The translations under genes were made by a program, and so were the position numbers. A DNA stretch of 64,000 nt from an uncultured Collinsella sp. Lineage in GTDB: Bacteria; Actinomycetota; Coriobacteriia; Coriobacteriales; Coriobacteriaceae. This document shows, one piece after another, positions 43,532 through 50,255 of the stretch (positions are counted from its first letter, which is position 1; every line of letters starts with the position of its first letter). The notes beneath the pieces are model-generated. The model saw nothing but the letters and a program-made list of their open reading frames with translations. It did no database searches and was not told the origin of the DNA. The stretch is from assembly GCA_900549575.1 (NCBI GenBank), contig URPB01000001.1:2560-66559 (forward strand), in the 5' to 3' direction.

Positions 43532-43789
43532 TCATTTCTTCGTGATGCGGTAAGTGCCAGTGAGCTTCAAGCCCTTCAACGTCCGCAAGATGTGCTCTGC
43601 GTGCTCCTTGCCGAAGATGGTTAGCGTTTGCGTCGGAATCGTGATCTCGTAGACCGTTTGCGCTTCCCGCTTCTCGCGTTCCCACATCTGCTTTAGGGCT
43701 GCTTCGGTCTTCGCCAACGTCGCTTGCATTTCCTTACTCAGCTTCGGCGTGTCGGGCTTGAAATCGAACGTTTGCGGCTCCACTGGCAC
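43532..43789 (-). CDS. Hypothetical protein
   Basis: 85 aa; RBS aaggaggg upstream. Confidence 0.5.
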   Translation of the reverse strand: MPVEPQTFDFKPDTPKLSKEMQATLAKTEAALKQMWEREKREAQTVYEITIPTQTLTIFGKEHAEHILRTLKGLKLTGTYRITKK

Positions 43790-43936
43790 CCTCCTTTCTC
43801 ACGATTGCCTGATAATTACTTCTTATCTGGCGCGGGCAGTCTTAACCCGTGCCGAAAGCGGCGGTTTATCTCGCGTTTCGTCCTCGGTCGCCGCGATGCC
43901 CGAAAACGGCGTTTTGGTTCACCTTTGGCACACCTC

Positions 43937-45121
43937 CTAACCCGCCGCGCGGCGCTTCGCTTCGCTGAAGAGCTGAGCCGCCGCCGCGTCTCGCCCGGGC
44001 ATCAGGTGGCCGTAGATTCGAAGCGTCGTTGCTTCGTCCGCGTGCCCCATGCGCTCCGATAGCGTCTTCAGGTCGCAGCCGTTGGCGATAAGCCACGAAG
44101 CGTGCGTGTGCCGCAGGCTGTGAAACGTGATCTCTCGCGGCAGTCCGCATGCGTCGCGTATGCGGCTGAAAGCCCGTGAAATCGTCGTTGGGCGCATATA
44201 TGAGCCGTCTAGCGTCACCAGTGGGCAATCTGCGCCCAAACGCCCTAGAACGTCGCTCTGAAGCCTCGTGAAGGCATCAATGACCGCGATATCGTCTTGC
44301 GTAAGCGCGATGTTGCGGCACTTGCGGCCTTTGGTGACGTTTCTGCGATAAGGCTTCTTGCCCTTGCCCTCAATGACGTTGCCGCCGACGTGGACGTAAG
44401 ACAGGGAGCGCTTAACGTCGATGCGCTGCACCGCGCAGACCTCGCCAACGCGCATGCCAGTAACGAGCGACAGCCACGAAGCGAAGGCGTAGACGGCGGC
44501 GCGGTAGTCGGCCTTCGTCACGATCTCCTTGCTAAGCGCGCCTTCCAGCTTTCCGTTGAAGCCCTCGAAGTCCCATTCGGTGAGCGCCGAAGCTTCGTGT
44601 CGTTCCGGCGATGGTTTGGCGACGTATACCAGCGGGTTAGCATCGCAGATGCCAGCGTCTACGAAGTGGTTATAAGCGCCGCGCAAGAAGTTGTGGACGT
44701 TGATAACGCTATTGCGGCAAAGCCCTTGCCCTCCTTCGTCCTTTGCCATGAGCAAGCGTTGCTCAAATCGGTTGAAGTCCATAACGCCAAGATCGCGTGC
44801 GTTTGCGGTCTTCAGGTAACGTGCGACGTAGCGGCAGAACAGCCGATAGCTCTTAATGCTGTTCGGGCTTGCGCCGTTGCGCTCGCGCAGTTGCACGTAG
44901 TCTTCGAGCAAATCGGTCAAGCGGGCGCTTCTAACCGTTCCGTCAGCCGTCACGTAAGCCGCCCACGTCTCAGCGAGGGCTTGCGCTTCATCTTCGGTTG
45001 CCGCATTCGGAAACCGCTTGTAAGGGCGAATCGCCTTGCCGTCGATGCTGCGCCCAAGGTACAACCGGCACTCGAAAACGCCATCTGCACCGCGCTTGAC
45101 CTTAACGCCCATCATGACCAC
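43937..45121 (-). CDS. Tyrosine recombinase / phage integrase family
   Basis: C-terminal ...FHSLRHTHASWLIANGCDLKTLSERMGHADEATTLRIYGHL... (R..HxxR..Y catalytic region); N-terminal arm-binding-like domain; start GTG 45121 or ATG 45115/45112. Confidence 0.9.
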   Translation of the reverse strand: MVMMGVKVKRGADGVFECRLYLGRSIDGKAIRPYKRFPNAATEDEAQALAETWAAYVTADGTVRSARLTDLLEDYVQLRERNGASPNSIKSYRLFCRYVARYLKTANARDLGVMDFNRFEQRLLMAKDEGGQGLCRNSVINVHNFLRGAYNHFVDAGICDANPLVYVAKPSPERHEASALTEWDFEGFNGKLEGALSKEIVTKADYRAAVYAFASWLSLVTGMRVGEVCAVQRIDVKRSLSYVHVGGNVIEGKGKKPYRRNVTKGRKCRNIALTQDDIAVIDAFTRLQSDVLGRLGADCPLVTLDGSYMRPTTISRAFSRIRDACGLPREITFHSLRHTHASWLIANGCDLKTLSERMGHADEATTLRIYGHLMPGRDAAAAQLFSEAKRRAAG

Positions 45122-45345
45122 TCGCAGTTTTCACGAATCCGCGAAGGGCAGTCATCGTCGGGGCAGTCCGCGCAATCCAACGGCTCTTTCCTGATGTTGA
45201 ACTCAACGATTCGGTACTTCAGAGAAAAGCGGATAAGCAACAGCAGGGCATGAGCAAGCGAGTTGGTAAATTGTCCGCACCAGAACGGGCAAAGCCCGCT
45301 CATCGCGCCGCGAACCTCGTACTTGCCGCCCATGCTACTTGCCAA
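45112..45345 (-). CDS. Small Cys-rich protein translationally coupled to the tyrosine integrase
   Basis: Up to 77 aa (alternative start MSGLCPFWCGQ at 45303); CPFWC...CADCPDDDC; stop overlaps integrase start. Confidence 0.4.
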   Translation of the reverse strand: MASSMGGKYEVRGAMSGLCPFWCGQFTNSLAHALLLLIRFSLKYRIVEFNIRKEPLDCADCPDDDCPSRIRENCEWS

Positions 45346-45532
45346 CCTTCATGAACGCGCGCATAACGCAGATGAGCGCGAACACGACGAACACCGCAAG
45401 GGCGATAAGCCCGAACCCAGCGCCGAAGAACACGCCAACCGCGATGCTCACAACGAGCGCCAGAACGGCAAAAAGGACGATTGCGGCGCATCCGTAAGCG
45501 CCCTGCTCGATCTCTCTATCTTCTTTCAGCAT
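45335..45532 (-). CDS. Small membrane protein
   Basis: 65 aa from ATG 45532 with AGGAGG RBS; two hydrophobic helices. Confidence 0.55.
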   Translation of the reverse strand: MLKEDREIEQGAYGCAAIVLFAVLALVVSIAVGVFFGAGFGLIALAVFVVFALICVMRAFMKVGK

Positions 45533-45542
45533 GTGAAACCTC

Positions 45543-45689
45543 CTAAAACGTGAGCGCAATAAGCGCGAGAAACACTAGAAACAGCGCTATTGCCAGAAGC
45601 GCTTGATAAGCCCAGTAACAGACGCACCAGAACGCGGCTACGGTCGCTGCGGTGGCAATGGCGCAAAGTACGATCTGGTAGCGCTTCAC
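45543..45689 (-). CDS. Small membrane protein (48 aa)
   Basis: GTG 45689 in GTGA overlap with upstream stop; MKRYQIVLCAIATAATVAAFWCVCYWAYQALLAIALFLVFLALIALTF. Confidence 0.4.
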   Translation of the reverse strand: MKRYQIVLCAIATAATVAAFWCVCYWAYQALLAIALFLVFLALIALTF

Positions 45690-45967
45690 TTCTTGCCTTC
45701 CGTCTCGGCAATCAGGTAGTCGATGCACTGCTTGCACTTCTGCAAGTCTTGAACGCCGTTCTTGCGCCGCCAGCGCCAAAGGTATTTGAATGCGCAGCCC
45801 CACCAGTAGGCCGATTGGGCGGGCAAGGCGTACTGGTCGCCGCTCATCATCGAGCGCATAGCGTCCATGCACTCAATCTGGCCGTCGCCCGCGTAGTGGT
45901 CGGGATGCTCCACGGCATCACCGCGCGAAAGCTCGCCAAGGCTCTTCGCGTGCTTCGTCTCAATCAT
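45686..45967 (-). CDS. DUF3310-like phage protein
   Basis: ...VEHPDHYAGDGQIECMDAMRSM...AFKYLWRWRRKNGVQDLQKCKQCIDYL matches the pattern I recall for DUF3310; ATGA overlap start at 45967. Confidence 0.6.
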   Translation of the reverse strand: MIETKHAKSLGELSRGDAVEHPDHYAGDGQIECMDAMRSMMSGDQYALPAQSAYWWGCAFKYLWRWRRKNGVQDLQKCKQCIDYLIAETEGKK

Positions 45968-46356
45968 CGGTAGGTAACTCCAATCATCCACTCGCAAACC
46001 CACTTGTGAAACGCTCTGAGAAATGGCTTAACGTTCGTGTCATCAGCCCAGCCCGCAATGCCTATGAACCCGTCTTCGTTGAACGAGATAGCTTCACGGC
46101 CTGAGAAGTAGAAGCCGCTAACGCGCAGAAACGCGCTTCTGATTCCTCTACCGCCATCGGCAAGGTTGATTTGCGGCTGGTACTTCTTGCGATAGCACGG
46201 GTGCATTTCCATGTGCTCGCCGTTGCGCTCATGCTGCGCATACTCGATTGCAAGGAATCCTTCGAGCGCTCGAATGTCGTTCGTCGTGATCTGCTCATAG
46301 GAAAGCTTGCTTGCGAACAGCTCGCGCGCGCCGTCTCGTGTCGTTGGCGCAATCAT
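45964..46356 (-). CDS. Hypothetical protein
   Basis: 130 aa from ATG 46356. Confidence 0.45.
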   Translation of the reverse strand: MIAPTTRDGARELFASKLSYEQITTNDIRALEGFLAIEYAQHERNGEHMEMHPCYRKKYQPQINLADGGRGIRSAFLRVSGFYFSGREAISFNEDGFIGIAGWADDTNVKPFLRAFHKWVCEWMIGVTYR

Positions 46357-46359
46357 GCC

Positions 46360-46650
46360 GTCACCCCCATTTCGTGCGATTGTTGAAAACTCTGTTGAAA
46401 ACCTGTGGAAAGTCGTTTTTCTGGCGCTCGAATGAGCCGCACAAAACAAGACCGCAAAGAGAAGAAGCAAGAGAAAGAACCTTGCTTGTAAGGTTGACTA
46501 ACAAGCAAGTACGGTGGGTTTTGGTTTTGGTTCAAGGAACCAAAACCCACCTCATCTTGTTTTGTTTTGTTTTGTTTTATGGTTAGGCGACCATTTGCGA
46601 GTGGGTTTAGCACCCATAAAACCACTGGTTTTGCTTTGGGTTTGGCAAAC
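46360..46650. repeat. Repeat-rich, AT-richer non-coding region: candidate phage replication origin
   Basis: tgttgaaaac x2 (46381, 46393); 9-bp inverted repeat cttgcttgt/acaagcaag; ggtgggttttgg...ccaaaacccacc inverted repeat; (tgttt)x4-5 at about 46557-46579; next to the replisome organiser gene. Confidence 0.5.
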
Positions 46651-46656
46651 ATGCTT

Positions 46657-47112
46657 TTACACCTCCTGACCTGCTGAATTGTTGTTCTGTGAGTTCTTGC
46701 GCGGTCTTCCGCCCTTGCGCCCGTTGGCGCGTTGGCGACCGAAATAGAGCGCGTTTTTGAGCATGCGAAAGTTCGTCAAGAAGCCGTCTTCGTCTCGTTC
46801 GAGCAACCCTATATCCAACATCTCTTCGACAAAGGATTTGCAATCTTCAATCGCCATGTACTCATCGAACGCGCCAGACTGTCCGAAGCCCAGAACGCCC
46901 GCGAGAATAAGCGCGTCTTCCTCCGTCTCGAAAGCGATACGGTGCCCCTTGGTAGCCGCCAGATATTCGCAGAGCCGCCACCAGCGCCCGTAGCCGTCAT
47001 AGCCCCAGCGATGAATGAGCCGTTGGCACTTCACGTCTTGTGAAGCGTTGGAATCGTGCGAGAAGAAGGCCATAGGCTCTTGCGCAGCGGTCGTTTCCTC
47101 CCGTGTAGGCAT
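46657..47112 (-). CDS. Replisome organiser, Lin1244/Lin1753 (DUF4373)-like N-terminal domain
   Basis: ...FFSHDSNASQDVKCQRLIHRWGYDGYGRWWRLCEYL... matches the F-F-x-H-D-x-N-A...GYG.YW motif; ATG 47112. Confidence 0.65.
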   Translation of the reverse strand: MPTREETTAAQEPMAFFSHDSNASQDVKCQRLIHRWGYDGYGRWWRLCEYLAATKGHRIAFETEEDALILAGVLGFGQSGAFDEYMAIEDCKSFVEEMLDIGLLERDEDGFLTNFRMLKNALYFGRQRANGRKGGRPRKNSQNNNSAGQEV

Positions 47113-47123
47113 GTAGTCACCTC

Positions 47124-47351
47124 CTAACCGTCTTCCTCGTCGCAGATAACGTCTGGCGCGCCCTGCTGGTGCCATCCGTCCCATACGCAGTGCCCGACTT
47201 CGCGGCAGTTCGTCCAAACGTCGCGCCCAACGAACGTGCAGCACGTCTTGCCGCGATGTCGCATGCTTTCGAACTCGCATGCTTCGGGGTCTGGCATGGG
47301 CGGTTCGCCGAAATCGAGCGGCAAGGTTGCCTGTGCGCTATTCCTCTTCAT
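47124..47351 (-). CDS. Small Cys-rich hypothetical protein
   Basis: 75 aa from ATG 47351. Confidence 0.4.
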   Translation of the reverse strand: MKRNSAQATLPLDFGEPPMPDPEACEFESMRHRGKTCCTFVGRDVWTNCREVGHCVWDGWHQQGAPDVICDEEDG

Positions 47352-47616
47352 CGCTTGAAATGTCGTAGGCAATCGAGCTGCCAACGTAGGTGAGCAGCTT
47401 TTGCATGTGCTTAACGGTGCTCGGCTCGGGCTTCGCGTCATCTTCAAACAGGGTGTCAACCCATGCGAGGGTGCCGCGAACGATTGCGAGCGTCGCGCCC
47501 ATATCAACGTCGAAGCCCTCGCCGGTCTTGGGATTGATAAGCGACATGCTGCCGTTGAGGTCGAAAGTGCCAGCGCCGACCTTGGCGATAGTCTCGGTAA
47601 TCTCTTTACGCTTCAT
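47338..47616 (-). CDS. Hypothetical protein
   Basis: 92 aa from ATG 47616. Confidence 0.45.
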   Translation of the reverse strand: MKRKEITETIAKVGAGTFDLNGSMSLINPKTGEGFDVDMGATLAIVRGTLAWVDTLFEDDAKPEPSTVKHMQKLLTYVGSSIAYDISSDEEE

Positions 47617-48007
47617 CTTTCTTCTCCTTGTCAAACATGGATGTTCTAAGCTCGATGCGAAGCTTCGGGTTGCGTTCGAGCAGCCAGCGAGCGAGCAAAG
47701 AGCTATCGCTGTTGTTGATTCCGTAGGTGTGTTCGTTGCCCTGATCGTCAACGAAGGGCACGCCAACGAGCTTCGTAGTGCCCTCATAGCGCTGCTTTTC
47801 GATGAGGTACTTAGTGGAGACGCGAAGCCCGCGAGCGTCGATTGCGAGCGCTGTAAGCTCGATTTCGCGCAGCGCCTTTGGGTTCTTCTCGCACCACTCC
47901 TTGAACAGGTAACGCCTGTCCGCGACCTTTAGCGGCATCGAGTAGACGCGCTGGCGCTCTTGGCGCATGACGGCTTCGAGCGGTTGCGTGTAGTTATCGG
48001 TGTCCAT
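47606..48007 (-). CDS. Hypothetical early protein
   Basis: 133 aa from ATG 48007. Confidence 0.45.
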   Translation of the reverse strand: MDTDNYTQPLEAVMRQERQRVYSMPLKVADRRYLFKEWCEKNPKALREIELTALAIDARGLRVSTKYLIEKQRYEGTTKLVGVPFVDDQGNEHTYGINNSDSSLLARWLLERNPKLRIELRTSMFDKEKKDEA

Positions 48008-48200
48008 GCGGGCACCTCGCTTCACGGCTCATGACGCGGCGCAAGGCCGCTTCTGCTTCCGCCTTGCTCGCCGATGGTGCGACGGGTAGCATCTGGCGGC
48101 GGTAGACCCTGCCGATGCCCCGGTTTTCCGGCGTGCTCGCGTCTTCCTCAATGCGCGCCATCCAGAAGCCCGCGTTGTCGCGGTAGACTTCGGCCTTCAT
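47994..48200 (-). CDS. Hypothetical early protein
   Basis: 68 aa; ATGA overlap with upstream gene at 48197-48200. Confidence 0.4.
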   Translation of the reverse strand: MKAEVYRDNAGFWMARIEEDASTPENRGIGRVYRRQMLPVAPSASKAEAEAALRRVMSREARCPHGHR

Positions 48201-48373
48201 GACCAGATCACGCGCCACAAGACGCGACCAACCACGATGTAAAGCGGGATGAGAAGCCACCAGCCCACGAGATCGCACAACCAACCCAGAAGGGCGGCAG
48301 CGGCCATAGGGAGGATGCCGGTTAGCGTCAGAGCAGCGAAAGCATACAAAGCCCAGCGCTGCCAGCGCGGCAT
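48197..48373 (-). CDS. Small membrane protein
   Basis: 58 aa, two hydrophobic helices; start uncertain. Confidence 0.35.
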   Translation of the reverse strand: MPRWQRWALYAFAALTLTGILPMAAAALLGWLCDLVGWWLLIPLYIVVGRVLWRVIWS

Positions 48374-48599
48374 GCGCGCTATACTGTCTTCTGTCAATTG
48401 GTAAGCCCCTTTTGACACGCCCGTTCGGTGCTGCAACACCGGGCGGGCATCCTTCTTTGCATCCACGCGGCAACGAGAGTTGTAATCGCGTGGAATAACT
48501 GCCGTTGCGCGGCATCTAGGCCGCATGATTCGCGCATTCGTAAAACCACCCCCAAAACCACCGGTTTTAATCTCGGTTTTCATCCTTGGAAACCTCCGT

Positions 48600-48809
48600 T
48601 TACTTTTGGAACTCAACAAACCCCAGAAGCTCATTGGGCATGCAGTCGTACAACCTGCAAAGCTCAACCAGCTTCAGAGCCGATGGGGCGGTTTTCCCGT
48701 TCTCCCAACTAAGAAGCGTCGTGATGGAAATATCCAACTGCGTAGCGGCTTGCTGAGCAGTTAGAGCAGCCCGCTCACGTGCTTCTCTATACATTGCAAC
48801 CATGTTCAC
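48600..48809 (-). CDS. Cro-like XRE-family HTH regulator
   Basis: ...LTAQQAATQLDISITTLLSWENGKTAP...; first gene of the - strand early operon, divergent from the cI-like gene. Confidence 0.75.
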   Translation of the reverse strand: MNMVAMYREARERAALTAQQAATQLDISITTLLSWENGKTAPSALKLVELCRLYDCMPNELLGFVEFQK

Positions 48810-48835
48810 CTCCTAATAAGCCCTAGCGATTTCAA

Positions 48836-48887
48836 AGTAAGCGGAACCGCTTACTCACGAGAAAGATAGTAAGCGGTTCCGCCTAGT
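48836..48887. promoter_or_regulatory. Operator pair in the cI/Cro intergenic region
   Basis: Perfect 20-bp palindrome agtaagcggaaccgcttact (48836-48855) and related half-degenerate copy agtaagcggttccgcctagt (48868-48887). Confidence 0.6.
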
Positions 48888-48944
48888 CTGTCAACGAATT
48901 TTTGTGTACAATAATCGGTGCAGATTACTAGAAAGAGGTCTACT

Positions 48945-49190
48945 ATGAGTTCAGACGATGAAGATATCCGCAAGCTCATTGGTTCACGAATAGCAATCGC
49001 ACGAAAGGCGGCAGGGCTGAATCAAGAAGAGTTAGCCGCTGCCGTTGGTGTTCATAAGCAAACTATTTCGCGCTACGAACGCGGCGTGCTCGTACCAGAT
49101 GCCAACGAAATATGCGCGATGGTATCCACGCTCAATTGTTCGGCTGACTTCCTTCTTGGTTTTTCAGACACGTTGACCATACGCGGTTAA
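48945..49190 (+). CDS. cI-like XRE-family HTH repressor
   Basis: ...RKAAGLNQEELAAAVGVHKQTISRYERG...; ATG 48945 with gaaagagg RBS. Confidence 0.7.
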   Translation: MSSDDEDIRKLIGSRIAIARKAAGLNQEELAAAVGVHKQTISRYERGVLVPDANEICAMVSTLNCSADFLLGFSDTLTIRG

Positions 49191-49227
49191 ATAAGCCGTG
49201 GAATCCTAGAATGAAAGGCGAAGTGCG

Positions 49228-50163
49228 GTGAATAGACTTGAAAAGCTTCGGGCAATCAGCCCAAGCGACATTCTTATTTTCGATACCGAAACAACGGGTC
49301 TTAATGTCGGCGGCTCGCGCCGTGATGAAATACTGTCACTCGCTGTCATGAATCTTGACGGAGACGTTCTGTTTTGCGATCTATTGAGGCCATCAGAACG
49401 CAAAAAGTGGCCGAAAGCAGAAAGCATAAACGGCATATCTCCGTCTATGGTGAAGGACAAGAAGACGATTATAGAAAGGCGCTCGGAAATCGAACCGATT
49501 TTCAAGAGCGCTAAGCTATACGTCGCATACAATGCCGATTTCGACCTAGGCTTTCTTAGAGCTTCCGGTTTGGATATACCAGATCGTCAGACGTTTGACG
49601 TGATGAAAGAGTTTGCGAAGATACATGGGGCATGGGACGGCACGCATGATGAATGGTCATGGTGCAAGTTAGAAGATTGCGCGGCGTTTTACGGATATCG
49701 TAACTTCGAAGCTCACGACGCGCTGAACGACGTTAAGGCAACCGCGCATTGCTTCAATTCGATTCTCGATGATTTTCTTTTCGGTGAGCCGCGCCGCCGA
49801 CCGAAGCTGGTTAAGGATGAGTTCGGCGATTCGTATTTCGAGTATGGCGACAAAGAGTTTAGAAGCATCGTTTGCAGCGGTTATGCTGCCGCATTGTCCG
49901 AAACTGGCAAACACACTAACTACGCGCCATCATCTAACGAGCTTCAGCAGCAAGCCAAGGATGAAAAAGACAGTGCAGATAACCAACCGGCCAGAAACCA
50001 TGCCGTGTCAGATCAGCGGAGCACCAATAAAGCACTGGTGTTAATCGGTTCCGTTTGCGCATTGATTGGTCTTGCAATCACTGTTTTAGGTGCTGCAATC
50101 GTCGGTGTTCCAATTGCTATATTGGGCGCTTTGCTTGCCGTAGGTGCAAGGGGAAGGAAATAG
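49228..50163 (+). CDS. DEDDh (DnaQ-like) 3'-5' exonuclease with C-terminal membrane anchor
   Basis: ExoI ILIFDTETTGL, ExoII VAYNADFDLGFL, ExoIII EAHDALNDVKA; C-terminal LVLIGSVCALIGLAITVLGAAIVGVPIAILGALLAVG; markedly AT-richer than surroundings. Confidence 0.75.
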   Translation: MNRLEKLRAISPSDILIFDTETTGLNVGGSRRDEILSLAVMNLDGDVLFCDLLRPSERKKWPKAESINGISPSMVKDKKTIIERRSEIEPIFKSAKLYVAYNADFDLGFLRASGLDIPDRQTFDVMKEFAKIHGAWDGTHDEWSWCKLEDCAAFYGYRNFEAHDALNDVKATAHCFNSILDDFLFGEPRRRPKLVKDEFGDSYFEYGDKEFRSIVCSGYAAALSETGKHTNYAPSSNELQQQAKDEKDSADNQPARNHAVSDQRSTNKALVLIGSVCALIGLAITVLGAAIVGVPIAILGALLAVGARGRK

Positions 50164-50255
50164 AAAACCCTGCGCGGCTTCTTGGCGGTCGGCGCGCAGG
50201 GCAAGTGCAAAGAACGAAGCGCATTAGCGCACTCGCTCTAAGGGGTGATTTTAGC

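Noticed and set aside
46360-46650. CRISPR array or tandem-repeat protein gene in the repeat-rich region.
   Set aside because: The repeats are short (5-12 nt), heterogeneous and not regularly spaced by unique spacers. There are no cas genes, and the best explanation is an origin-like or regulatory region.
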